Origin: Eledone cirrhosa
Taxonomy: Eukaryota
NCBI GenBank assembly: GCA_964016885.1
Contig: OZ024746.1
Coordinates: 30,938,001 to 31,002,000 of the forward strand
DNA length: 64,000 bases
Direction: 5' to 3'
A program made the position numbers and the translations under genes. Positions within the stretch are counted from its first letter, which is position 1. The number at the start of each line of letters is the position of its first letter. This document shows, piece after piece, positions 41,042 to 53,863 of the stretch. A model generated the notes under the pieces. That model had not been told where the DNA came from. It was given only the letters and a program-made list of their open reading frames with translations, and ran no database searches.

Positions 41042-42385
41042 AAGGCAAACAGAAATAACAACACAATCGGTACAGTAAATGGAAGGAATATATTAGGTTG
41101 TGTAGCTTAATTGTTATAAGTTACTGTTTTGTCCCTCGTCTCTTACCCCACTGTGTCAGACGCTGACTCCAGCAGTACTGTTGATAGGGGTCAAAACTGC
41201 CAAAGTCCATCTCAACGACCAATGGTCCTGGAGTTCTGTCTTTCGTTTGTATTTTTATTAACAAAAAATAATTTTTTAAGGTTTCCCCTGAAAAATTGTT
41301 TTTCGCTTTGCCTTGTTTTCGTTCGGTATTTTGTCCTCTCTATTGACCTGTTCTGTAGTACTCTTTACACTGTGCAATTCATGCAACGCACCTCTCTCTC
41401 AACAAAAATTTAAATACTCATTAACTTTATTCTTATTTCTTCTCCAAAAGCCACTTAGGGAAATCTCACCTTCCAACAGGAAGAAATGCCACAGATATAA
41501 TACATAACATGTTGTACATGGCTTCTATGATGACTTCTAAGCCCAGCTTTACTGAAACAAATCCGGTCACACTCATTGCACAGTGGGAGTTTGGTTCCTT
41601 TGTGTTCGGACCTGGTGAACACGTGTGTATAATTTTACACTTATTTTAGGCTTTTACAGCTATTGTTATAAATGTTGTTGAGTTCACATTGCACACAAAG
41701 TAATTTTGAGCACCTGAAAATCCAGGTAAAGTAATATCGTGTAGACCCATTCACAGACCCCCTCTTTTTCACATACATACTTACATATATACATACACAC
41801 ATACATACACACAAATGCATACATGCATACACACACATACATACATACATACATACATACATACATACATACATACATACATACATACATACATACATAC
41901 ACACACATACATACATGGATGCAGGCATACATATATACACAGGCATACATACATAGACGAACACAAACACACGCACGCAAACATACATATAAAGTAAACA
42001 TAATAGAATAAATAATTGTTTCTACTTTTTGGCACAAGACCAGCAATTACCCAGTTAATTACTGGTACTTTATTTTATCGACCCCGTAAGGATGAAAGGC
42101 AAAATCAACCTCAGCGGGGTTTGAACTCAGATCTTTAAGGGACGTAACTATGCTGGAAAGCATGGCGTCCGACCCTCTCCCGAGGCAAACAGAAATAACA
42201 ACACAATCGGTACAGTAAATGGAAGGAATATATTAGGTTGTGTAGCTTAATTGTTATAAGTTACTGTTTTGTCCCTCGTCTCTTACCCCACTGTGTCACA
42301 CGCTGACTCCAGCAGTACCGTTGGTAGGGGTCAAAACTGCCAAAGTCCATCTCAACGACCAATGGCCCTGGAGTTCTGTGTCTTT
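41042..42385. repeat. ~200-bp direct repeats (41042-41242 and 42183-42385)
   Basis: Near-identical AGGCAAACAGAAATAAC...GGAGTTCTGT blocks. Confidence 0.9.
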
Positions 42386-42598
42386 CGTTTTAATGATTTC
42401 TACTATAAGCACAAAGCCAGCAATTTTGCGGGAGGCGAAAATCGATTAAATCGACCCCAGTGCATTACTGTTGCTTTATTTTATCGACCCCGTAAGGATG
42501 AAAGGCAAAGTTAACCTCGGCGGGATTTGAACTCAGTCCGTAAAGGGACGTAACTGTGCTGCAAAGCATGGCGTCCGACCCTCTACTGATACTGCCAA
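42010..42598 (-). mobile_element. Two SINE A copies (42010-42180, 42395-42598)
   Basis: Consensus match. Confidence 0.8.
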
Positions 42599-42864
42599 AT
42601 GAATGAATATTACATAATTTATGTACTGAATTCCGTGCGGTTTTTCTGCTAGGAGAATAAATAATAAAGTAATGACAAAGACAAAGAATACCAGTAAAAG
42701 ACGGGAAGAAAAGAGAGAGAGAGAGAGACAAATGCCATGTTTGTTAAATCTCTTGTATTTCACTGAATAATATTGAATATACAACAAACAGCAAACAGTA
42801 AACTCTCTAGTAGAATGTTTCATCATTAATATATATATAAATACATATACAATTGTTCTCCTTC

Positions 42865-43392
42865 ATTGTGGTGTTGTAGTGGTGACGTAGTGGTGTTGTA
42901 GTGATGTAGTAGTGGTGTTGTAGTGATGTTATAGTGGTGTAGTAGTGGTGTTGTAGTGGTGTCGAAGTGGTGTTGTAATGGTGTAGTAGTGGTGTTGTAG
43001 TGATGTTATAGTGGTTGTAGTGGTGTTGTAGTGGTGTAGTAGTGGTGTAGTAGTGGTGTTGTAGTGGTGTAGTAGTGGTGTTGTAGTGGTGTTATAGTGG
43101 TTGTAGTGGTGTTATAGTGGTGTTGTTGTGGTGTTATAGTGGTGTTGTGGTGTTATAGGGTTGTAGTGTTATAGTGGTGTTGTAGTTGTGTTATAGGGTT
43201 GTAGTGGTGTTGTAGTGGCGTTGTAGTGGTGTTTTAGTGGTTGTACTTGTGTTGTAATGGTGGTGTTGTGGTGTAGTGGTGTAGTGGTGTTGTGATGTTT
43301 TAGTGGTGTTATTGTGGTGTTGTAGTGGTGTTGTAGTGTTGTAGTGGTGTTGTGGTGTTTTAGTGGTGTTATAGTGGTGTTGTAGTGGAGGT
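42865..43392. repeat. (GTAGTGGTGTT)n degenerate 11-bp tandem repeat
   Basis: Directly visible. Confidence 0.92.
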
Positions 43393-43589
43393 TATTACAG
43401 GTTGTTTGATTTCTGTCGTCAATGCTGGTGTCATTCAGGAGAAGGGTGAGGTGTTATTTCCTGAAATTCTTTAACACCACAACTGTACATCTGCGGTCGT
43501 GCATACACATATATATATGTATGTGTCTGTAAGAGAGAAAGAGAGAGAGAGAGAGAAAGGGAGTGAGTGCGAGAGAGAGAGAGAGTGAG

Positions 43590-43643
<54 letters not shown>

Positions 43644-43699
43644 ATTACACGTGTATGTATGTGAGTACAGAATTAGTAAAGTAGCACGTGACAGTCGCG

Positions 43700-43944
43700 T
43701 CATAGCGACGTCACATGTTCCTGCAAGGAGACCACTCGAAGTAACGACGTTGGCTTGGTGAGGTTGGTAGTGTTAAGATGCTGGGTCTCTGTGTGTCTTC
43801 GTAAATCTACCTTTCTCTGGAAGGCACGGCCGCACCTGTCACAGGCGAATGGCTTAAACCCTGTGTGTTTGCGACTGTGTGTGATTAAATTTGACGACTG
43901 ACTAAAAGCTTTACCACACTGCAAACAGCGATGGGGCTTTTCTC
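43700..43944 (-). CDS. gfi1: Gfi-1/senseless-family zinc-finger gene, last coding exon (ZF5-6)
   Basis: tttatttcag|GA acceptor (phase 1); [56 protein letters not shown]...TGA. Confidence 0.93.
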
Positions 43945-44124
43945 CTGAAATAAACAAACAAATGATATTATAATAACTGTACAACTTCACTGTCGGTCTG
44001 TCATACGAATACTAATCAAAGAACATAAGTGGAAGATTATAAATGGCGTGGGTTGAGGGAATGTTATAAATGTTCAAAAATGCTTTCAACTATGCCTCAA
44101 TTGAACGTTCTCTTTCAACTGTGT

Positions 44125-44181
<57 letters not shown>

Positions 44182-44217
44182 CTCTCTCTCTCTCTCTCTC
44201 TCTCCCTCTCGCTCTCG

Positions 44218-44257
<40 letters not shown>

Positions 44258-44329
44258 CGGCTGCCTGAATACGCACGTGTTTTTTCCACATTGTTTTCCG
44301 TTTCTTCCTCTTCCCACTCTTTATCTTTC

Positions 44330-44370
44330 TATTTTCTGATAAAGGACTAGTGTCCGAAATGTTAAGACTC
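44330..44370 (+). ncRNA. Decayed minimal hammerhead motif
   Basis: CTGATAA-A-GGAC-TAGT-GTCC-GAAA-TG-TTA; core G mutated. Confidence 0.4.
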
Positions 44371-44490
44371 TTTTCATGTTATTTCAAGCGTTAAACTAAT
44401 ATATTTCTTCATTGTACTGTATTGTTAGCTTTGTTATTTCTGTTTATTTTTTCACACACACATATATATATATGTGAGTGTGTGTGTATG

Positions 44491-44852
<362 letters not shown>

Positions 44853-45044
44853 ATATATATATATAGTAATTAAGAAAACCAAATTTCGAAGAGCGCTCGA
44901 AAAGGATTGTACACACACGCACATGTATATATATATATATTATATATATATATATTTTATATATATATATATACATATTATATATATATATATATATTCA
45001 TATTATATATATATATTCATATTATATATATATATTCATATTAT

Positions 45045-45105
<61 letters not shown>

Positions 45106-45364
45106 GAGGTCCTTATCTAGAAGTGTATATGTATTGTCTATTACTTCATTATCTGTTTAATCATTAAGATGAGTGTGTGTGTATATGTGTAAGTAAACGT
45201 TCTACGCCTCTACACGTGTGTATGATTCATGACACGTTCACAACCTATTAACATCACTGAGTTTTCCAATTGATGTACTGTAATCACGTGACATCAATCA
45301 TTAATCTTTTTTTTTTTTTTTTTCTTCTTCTTCAGAATATTGAATTTATTTGCTATTGGAACAT

Positions 45365-46215
45365 CGTGAGGGTAGTATGGCCAAATGGTTAAGAAGTTGG
45401 TTTGGTAATCATTAGGTCTCGGATTCGATTCTACTACGTTGCATCTTTGGCAAGTGTTATTTATCATAGCCAAAGGTTGAATGGTATTGGGTAGACGGAA
45501 ACTGTTTGGAAGCCCGTGGGATCGACTCTTCTTGTAATTCAAATATTGTGTCACGCTGAATCTCGCCAAGAAAGGTTTTGTGTACACCTGTCGGTGGAAT
45601 ACTCAGCCACTTAAAAGTTGATTTCATATTTTATCGATCACTTTTTTGTTAAACTACTAAGTTACAGGACATAAATACAGACACATGACTGACTGGCACT
45701 CCGTCGGTTACGATGACGAGCATTCCAATTGATCTGATCAACGGAATAGCCAGCACGTGAAATTAACGTGGAAGTGGCTGAGCATTCTTTAGACACGCGT
45801 ACCCATTCAGTGTGACACCGAACGTGACAAGGCTGGTTCTTCGCATTACAGGTGCAACTCATTTTTGCCAGCTGAGTGGACTGGAGCAACGTAAAATAAA
45901 GTGTCTTGATCAAGGACACAACGCGCCGCCGGGAATCGAACTTACAACCTTACGATTGTGAGCCGAATACCTTAACCACAAAGCCATGCGCCTTCACATA
46001 CATACATACATACATACATACATACATACATACATACATACATACATACGCACATTCGACGGACTTCTGCAGTGTTCGTCTACCAAATTCACCTCAGAAA
46101 AAATTGGTTAATCCAAGGCTATGGTAGAAGGAACTTACCCAGGATAACAGGCAACGGGATTGAACTCACAACCACGCAATTGAGACTCAAGCTCATTAAC
46201 TACACAGCCATGGCT
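45365..46215. mobile_element. Other tRNA-derived SINE families (45365-45520 plus; 45685-45995 minus; 46055-46215 minus); a relative lies at 48570-48810
   Basis: Minus 45995: GGCGCATGGCTTTGTGGTTAAGG...GTTCGATTCCC...GTGTCCTTGATCAAGACACTT; A/B boxes. Confidence 0.7.
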
Positions 46216-46308
46216 GTTGATTTAGTTTGTTTCAATTTCTTGACTAAGCGGTAAAAAAAAATAAACGTTAAGAATTCACTTCAATCGATCCGAGTTCGAT
46301 CTACTTAC

Positions 46309-47553
46309 CTGTATGTATGTAAGTGTGTTTCTTCATATCCGATTTCTGATGGAACCTCTTGCCACAGTAAGGACAGGGATAGGGCCGAGTGTCGCTGTGG
46401 ATCAGTAAGTGTGTGGAAAGGGTTGAAGACCTTTTAAAAGATTTCCCGCATTGCTGACACTCGAACGTTCGTTCTTGGGTGTGGACTGACCTATGGTGAC
46501 TCAAACTGACTGCGTGACCGAACGTCTTCTGGCACACATCACAGGCATAAGGTCTTGAACCTGTGTGAGATCTTCGGACATGTACCTCCAGTCCGTGGGG
46601 GGTGCCAAACAATTTGTTGCAATTGATACATTCAAACGTCGACGAAGTGGAATCGGGGGCTGCCATGCTGTTGTGTAAATGGCAATTGTTATTATTATTG
46701 TTGTTATTGGAGGTGTTGTTGTTGTTGCTGCTGCTGCTGCTGCTACAACTTTTATTATTGTTAGTATTATTAATGTTACTGTTTGTGTTATTGTTGAAGC
46801 TGTCATAATGTATCGTCTTCCTATCTACATGCATACTATTTATATTACTGTTGTGGTTGTTATTGCCATTGTTGCCATAGTTACTGTAGCTGTTATCACT
46901 CAAAAGATGTTCACTTCCGCCAATCGAAACTTTGCGCAATTCTGGGATAGCTGATGACGAAGGAGGAGGATTGGTAGAGAGTAAGTTTGACGACGACGAC
47001 GACGACGACGACGATGACAATGGCGATGACGATGATGATAACGACGATGCTGATGATATCGGGTATGAGGACGAACTGGAAGATGCAGAAGCTTGTGTTG
47101 CTACTGCTGCTGCTGCTGCTACTGATGGTGATGATGATGACGATGATGAGGAAGACGAGGAAGAGGAGGAGGAGGAAACAGAAGATATTGACGATGTAGG
47201 GTTGAAGGTCAACAACAAAGATGATGGTGTTGACGAGGATTGCTGAGAGGGGGTCGAGGATGTAACCAAACTACCATTACTCTCAACGAAACTTAAGTTA
47301 TCTGGGTAACCATTCGGTTTATTGAGGGGATTCGGGTACCAAAATTGGTAATCGACTGTAAATGGTGGTGCCACAGACTGGTCTCCATAGACGTTCTTTT
47401 TGCTCAAGTAAATATCCGTGAATAATGGTCGGGTGGTGTCCTGGGACAATGGCGGCGATGTTGTAAAGGGAAGTCCGTTCTGGTTGTTGTTTAAACTACC
47501 TTGATACATATTCTGTAGTGGGTATTTTCTGGGTACATACACTGTACCTTGAA
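46309..47553 (-). CDS. gfi1: Gfi-1/senseless-family gene, large internal exon (Ser/Ala/Asn-rich linker + ZF1-4)
   Basis: attttcag|TT acceptor and ACAG|gtaagt donor, both phase 1; [62 protein letters not shown] are Gfi1-diagnostic. Confidence 0.93.
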
Positions 47554-47596
47554 CTGAAAATAGAATGAAATTGGACACAAGGTCAGTCGTGGAGTT

Positions 47597-47686
<90 letters not shown>

Positions 47687-47818
47687 CGAAAATGAGAGAG
47701 AGAAGGAGAGAGAGAAGTGGATTGATAGTAGGTATGTGTGTATATGTATATATATACGTATATATATGTATATATATATATATGTGTGCATATGTATATA
47801 CATATATATATCTACACA

Positions 47819-47867
<49 letters not shown>

Positions 47868-48959
47868 CATACTCTCTCTATATATATATAGAAAGATAGA
47901 TAGATAGATCAAAGAACATTTGGGTGAAAGGTCATCTGTGTTGCTATAGGAACCCTGGAAAATTCCAAAGTGGCTATCCGATGGAATAAGAGATATGTGG
48001 ACATTACAAACCCGAGCAACCGACTACCAGTAGACGGTGCCAGTGTAAAGTTAACTACTAAATAATAGAGTAGCTGTGGAACATCACAACAATGGAAGTA
48101 TCTTTTTGAAATATTGATTAAAATAATAAACAGGAAAGGAAAACACAGGTGATGGGGGAAAATACAAGTTAAATAATAAAGAGAGAGAGAAACTCTGCCC
48201 TCTTGGCTCTTCGGTATTTCTCAGCCAGGTCCCGAGGACACGAAAGCAAAGTATTGTCACGGTGAATAGCCAGCGACACCTGCTGCATCAGTTATTCCAC
48301 CTCACAGGGCCCCCACCCCGGCTTCCTGGCTGGGCGGTATTTCTCAGCTAGGCCCCACCAACACAATGGTGCAAGCATTGCCACGGTGAACAGCCAGCGA
48401 CGCCCGCTCCTTCAGCCATTCCACAGTCCTCTATTCGGCAAGGATCATTTACAGTTGAATACATTTGTTCTAATTAAATCACCCGATATATTTTTACTCT
48501 GTGAGTATGTGTGTGTGTGTGTGTTTGTGTGTGTTTGTGTGTGTGTGATGTCTATGTATGTGTGTGTGTAGGACTTCCGTCGGTTCTGACGATGTGTGTT
48601 CCAGTTGTTCAAATTATGGAACAGCCTGCTCCTTAATACTAAGGGAGAGTCAGCATAACACAATATGGGGCGACAAGAATGGCCTTTTGAATTACAGATC
48701 CAACTCATTTTTGCCAGCTGAATGAACTGGAGCAACGTGAAATAAAGTGTCTTGCTCAAGGAAACAACACGCCAACAGGAATTTAATTCACGATTTTACT
48801 ATCGAAAGCCGATTTCTATTTCTAGTGTAGGGCTACGGAAATATTATTTTAAAAAAGAAAAACTAATACAAATAGCTAATTAAAAAATCATAAAGAAGCT
48901 GTGACAACGGTGGGGGGGGGGGGGTACAAAGTTTATAGAGCGATTGGGGAAGCAATATA

Positions 48960-49157
48960 CAAAGATCGGCTGAAAAGTTGATAGGCTGACCAAGATATTC
49001 TCTTGGAATGATCAAATAAGGTTTATTCTTCAACATAGTCCCTGGACAGAAACAATGTACTTATTAATAAGAAGAGTTGAAGTTAATGCATGCAAGATTT
49101 TACAACTCTAGTATCATTCCTTCATAGTCAGCCTATGAACTATTCAGCCGCCCCTCG
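48960..49157. mobile_element. Tc1/mariner-type MITE with TA target duplication
   Basis: TA|CAAAGATCGGCTGAAAAGTTGATAGGCTGAC ... GTCAGCCTATGAACTATTCAGCCGCCCCTCG|TA. Confidence 0.75.
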
Positions 49158-49192
49158 TAGAAACACAAACGTTAGGGTGATTGAAAACTTAC

Positions 49193-49298
49193 GTGATTTC
49201 GAATCGTTATCGATCCATGGTCGAAATGCTGTGTAGTCTCCACCAACTGTGGTAATCCTGTTGGCTTCTTCTTTCTTAATAACCAATGAACATGGCAT
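49193..49298 (-). CDS. gfi1: Gfi-1-family gene, first coding exon with SNAG-like N-terminus
   Basis: MPCSLVIKKEEANRITTVGGDYTAFRPWIDNDSKS followed by a C|gtaagt phase-1 donor that splices in frame to 47553 (106+1245+245=1596 nt); ttattacag acceptor at 49331. Confidence 0.75.
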
Positions 49299-49517
49299 AC
49301 TGGGACTCGAACGCGAGTCTTTCGTATCAACTGTAATAATGAAACAAAACAACGCACGCTATTAACACTTTTGATTCAAAATGGCATCTGATCCACCACC
49401 CCACCCCTTCTTTGATGCTAAACTGTTTATTTGAAAGTGTTTGTATTTATCTAAAATATTTCCGTCAGAATTTTAATGCAAAAAAAAAAAACTCTGTTAA
49501 TTTATATCCCAGCTTAA

Positions 49518-50648
49518 TAATAATTGTTTCTACTTTTGGCACAAGGCCAGCAATTACCCAGTGCATTACTGGTACTTTATTTTATCGACCCCGTAAGGAT
49601 GAAAGGCAAAGTTAACCTTGGCGGGATTTGAACTCAGAATGGCAAGGGCCGTAACTCTATGCGTCAAAGAATGGCGTCCGACCCTCTACCGATACTGCCA
49701 ATCCTTAGTAATTGTTTCTACTTTTGGCACAAGGCCAGCAACTACCCAGTGTATTACTGGTACTTTATTTTATCGACCCCGTAAGGATGAAAGGCAAAGT
49801 TAACCTTGGCGGGATTTGAACTCAGAATGGCAAGGGCCGTAACTCTATGCGTCAAAGAATGGCGTCCGACCCTCTACCGATACTGCCAATACACCAATAA
49901 TAATTGTTTCTATTTTTGGCACAAGGCCAGCAATTACCCAGTGCATTACTGGTACTTTATTTTATCGACTCCGTAAGGATGAAAGGCAAAGTTAACCTTG
50001 GCGGGATTTGAACTCAGATCATAAAGGGGCGTAACTCTGTGCTGCAAAGCATAGCGTCCGACCCTCTACCGATACTGCCAATCCAACAATAATAATTGTT
50101 TCTACTTTTAGCATGAGAGTTGGTTACATTACTAAATCCCTCCACATTTTTCATTATTTTTAAAATCATCTTAAACTCATAGGCAGTTAGAAATATGATA
50201 AGGAAATGGTTAAAGTGTTTATTTCAGTAAAGAAGAAGAGGTAGAGAGAAAGAAGAATGATGATGCTGCATGGATTGGCAGTATCGGTAGAGGGTCGGAC
50301 GCCATGCTTTGCAGCAAAGAGTTACGGCCCTTTATGGTCTGAGTTCAAATCCCGCCGGGGTTAACTTTGCCTTTCATCCTTACGGGGTCGATAAAATAAA
50401 GTACCAGTAATACACTTGGATAATTGCTGGCCTTGTGCCAAAAGTAGAAACAATTATTAAGGATTGGCAGTATCGGTAGAGGGTCGGACGCTATGCTTTG
50501 ACGCATAGAGCTACGGCCCTTGCCATTCTGAGTTCAAATTCCACCGAGGTTAACTTTGACTTTCATCCTTACGGGGTCGATAAAATAAAGTACCAGTAAT
50601 GCACTCGGATAAATGCTGGCCTTGTGCCAAAAGAAGAAACAATTATTA
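49518..50648. mobile_element. SINE A array: three minus-strand copies (49518-50085) and two plus-strand copies (50270-50648)
   Basis: Near-identical head-to-tail units, divergently oriented blocks. Confidence 0.88.
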
Positions 50649-50899
50649 AATTCTCGCTGGAAGTACCGTAAGGAGGCTACACATATGGATCAAGGAACAC
50701 GTAACAATGAGAGCCTCTTCCGTTAAAAACATCTTGACAGATGCTGCAACCAAGTCATTGGGGTCACCATAGAGGCGACTGAAAGAAATATGGGAAATTG
50801 AAGGGTTAATGAGGTCATTTTCATCAACCGAATAAAAACCGGAGATAAATGATAGGTTAGGTTTACATGAGTCAGAATGGCTACTGTAACACCCCCGCG

Positions 50900-51680
50900 C
50901 AACTAAGACCAGTTAGGGAAGGAGACTCTGAAAACTCTGATTGCTCGTTTGTTGTTTCTTGGGTTGTTTCAGCTTCGCATAACCCCCAACCCACCCCATC
51001 ACCAATTCCGTCTTTGGAAAAGAAGGTGATTGCAAGCATGTCGAAAGTCAGATTAGTTGAAAACACACGAAAAAGCTAGGAAAATATACATTTCTTCACG
51101 ATCCCTAGCGGATGCTTTTCTATAAATTTAAACAGCTGAGAAGTGCTTATCTATATCTTCACTCCATGCCTCCGTTTTCGGAGAAAAAAAAGTCCTTGGC
51201 GAATTAATCGGATGTCAGATCGTTCGAAAACAAACGAAAAAAACCACAGAAAAGAAAAAAAGCTCCCACAGAAGAAATCTCTGAGACTGGGAAAATCCGA
51301 GGATCACCTCATTCAGTTTTCGGAGAAAGCATCGATTGCAAGCATGTCAGAGATCATAGCTGAAAACACATATCAGCTGAAAACCTTAATTATTACCAAT
51401 TTTATTTAGTGTTATTAGCGGTCAACAAACAAACAAACTTCCTTTTATACGTATATAGATAGATGACAGACGAACAGGTAGTATCTGCGTGCTGGAAAGA
51501 GCAGTAAAATCTCCCCCCACTCGCTTCCCCCATTCCGTTTTCGGAAAATAAGTCGACAGCGATCTTTTTGGAGGTCATTTTAGATGAAAACACGAAAAAC
51601 CTTAATTATTATCAATTTTATTTAGTGTTATCAGTGGCCAACGTACAAACAAACTTCCTTTTTATAAGGATATAGATATA
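50900..51680 (-). mobile_element. Internally repetitive element with duplicated Helitron-like 5' ends
   Basis: TATAAAAGGAAGTTTGTTTGT ends at about 51450 and 51665; repeated CCGTTTTCGGA/GATTGCAAGCATGTC units. Confidence 0.4.
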
Positions 51681-51958
51681 TAAATCACGAACGCAAGAAA
51701 TAACTGTGAACACTGTTGATTGCTATAAAAAACAGTTTAGAAATCAGGTAAAATATCTCTATAGATGGAAATAGTGACTGACAGTCGCTACAGTGTTCAT
51801 TAGTCTTTCCATTGCTAATACTGCCTGCCAGGCACAACTGGAAGAAGAAGCACTGTGAAATAAATTATTTTGCTCAAGAACAACACGTCACCAAGCCCAC
51901 GAAACTGAAAAGTTTGGTTCTAGTTGATACAGAGAGGAGGATAAAAAGAGTTTTGTGG

Positions 51959-52149
51959 TACTCTCGGGTCCCAAAAGTCAATACCGAGAGTTTAAATATT
52001 CATTTATTATGGCTAAGTGGTGAGCTTTGTTACTCAGGAGTCTAACCTGGGTACTCACATGATCATCAAACAAGACTGGTGTTCCTGTTAGACCACAGGT
52101 GAAACTTTAGAGTAACAAATCGATCACCAATAGCCATAATAAATCAATG

Positions 52150-52152
<3 letters not shown>
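51959..52152 (-). mobile_element. Fold-back element with a decayed hammerhead
   Basis: Minus: GTCTTGT-TTGATGA-TCATGTG...CAGGT-TAGA-CTCCTGAG-TA-ACAAAGC; the plus arm retains CAGGT-GAAA-CTTTAGAG-TA-ACAAA. Confidence 0.55.
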
Positions 52153-52211
<59 letters not shown>

Positions 52212-52214
<3 letters not shown>

Positions 52215-52422
52215 TAGTAACACAACAGTTAGTTCACTATACCGAGAACAGTTGTTTCACCTTATGCGGATCCTCAGCTCGAACTGGTAATCGATTAAAT
52301 TGATTACCAGTCCGAGCTGAGGATCCGCATAAGTTGAAACAATTGTTCTTGGTATAGTGAACTACCAAATTCGTCCCATGGACTGAGTGTTCTACCACTA
52401 CGGATAGTACCTTCCAGTGTTC
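52212..52422 (+). mobile_element. PLE-like hairpin plus tail in (TA)n
   Basis: Arms at 52230-52292 and 52301-52365; tail to 52422. Confidence 0.78.
52312..52352 (+). ncRNA. Minimal type I hammerhead motif (mirror copy 52242-52282 on minus)
   Basis: CCGAG-CTGAGGA-TCCGCATAAG(T/G)T-GAAA-CAATTG-TT-CTTGG; palindromic CAATTG. Confidence 0.7.
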
Positions 52423-52545
52423 TATCTCTCTCTCTATATATATATATATGAGATGAAGAAATTGGGTATAATACCAGTTTCTTACCAAATGCGAAGCTCG
52501 ATATATTAACCCCTTAGGATAAGGTACAAAGCGTAATTTTTTAAA

Positions 52546-52623
<78 letters not shown>

Positions 52624-52625
52624 CA

Positions 52626-53620
52626 TAAAATCGCAAGTTTGAAGAATTATTAGATAAAATATATCCAGTCTTTCTTCACCCTAGTCTGTAGAAATCAACT
52701 AGATAAATAATCATTTAAACGAGGCTGGTGAAGAAAGACTGGATATATTTTATCTAATAATTCTTCAAACTTGCAATTTTATATATAGCTCTGATTAATA
52801 ATTATTTGCTTAATTAAATGTTTCATTGAGCCACACCGTGAAAGGTAGCCACACTCATATATGTATCTGTGACTATGTCTAAATATATGTCTAAATATAT
52901 ATAAATATATCCCTATGAATTCAATATATACTCCCGTACGGTAGAGTAAAACTTTAGGCTGCGCTTTCTAGCAGCCAGCCCACCTGCCGCCTGGCCAACA
53001 TTCACAACCTTTTACTTTGACCACTTGCCACGTGATGATTCTTAACCATTTTTGAATTCATTTCTGGCGGTGATCACTGTAGAAATTTTAGTCCAAACCT
53101 GAGGGGTCTCTTGATAAGCTCGAAGCCTCATGAATAATACCAGAATTGGATATATCCACAAAGTACGAGCGAAACTGTCGATAGTCGGGACGAGAGGAAT
53201 TTTGGTAAAGTTTATATGCATTTTTTCTTCTAACTTATATTTTAGACCTAGCTCCGTTTAATTGATTATTTGTCTAGTTAATTTCTACGGGCTAAAAGGA
53301 ATGACTAGATAAATTTTATCTGCCTGTTCCTCGCGGAATGTAGTCTGTATCATTTGTCTATTATTTCTTCATAGTTACATTTTAAACTTATAGCCTCGTT
53401 TAAATGATTATTTATCTAGTTGATTTCTACGGACTAGGGTGAAGAAAGACTGGATATAATTTATCTAATAATTCTTCAAACTTGCAATTTTATATATAGC
53501 TCTGATTAATAATTATTTGCTTAATTAAATTTTTCATTGAGCCACACCGTCAAAAGGTAGCCACACTCATATATGTATCTGTGACTATGTCTAAATATAT
53601 ACATAAATCCCTATGAGTTT
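52626..53620 (+). mobile_element. Element with one inverted and two direct terminal repeats (partial-tandem, PLE-like layout)
   Basis: 52626-52725 is inverted relative to 53392-53493; 52728-52882 is repeated directly at 53447-53595. Confidence 0.65.
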
Positions 53621-53633
53621 TATATATATATAT

Positions 53634-53863
53634 AGGAACGAGTAGGACCCCGACGGCTGAGCTCAAGCCGTTTCGACGGCTAATTCTGGACTCTGAGCTC
53701 AAGCCGTTTCGACGGCTAATTCTGGACTAAATATATTTAGTCCAGAATTAGCCGTCGAAACGGCTTGAGCTCAGCCGTCGGAGACCTACTGGTTCCTATT
53801 ACCCACTCTACTACCCTAAGGTGCGTTATGGTCCACCTGGTTCCTTACCACATTTCCTTTGTT
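53634..53863 (+). mobile_element. Fold-back element of the GCCGTCGAAACGGC family carrying the 3' half of a hammerhead
   Basis: Apex GACGGCTAATTCTGGACT-AAATATATTT-AGTCCAGAATTAGCCGTC followed by GAAA-CGGC-TTGAGCTCA-GCCG-TC; unpaired tail. Confidence 0.8.

Noticed and set aside
46932-47246. Asp/Glu-rich plus-strand ORF
   Set aside because: Antisense shadow of the poly-Ser region of gfi1.
47554-47821. N-terminal ~90 aa of the 506-aa ORF
   Set aside because: Intronic microsatellite read-through; the exon begins at the acceptor at 47553.
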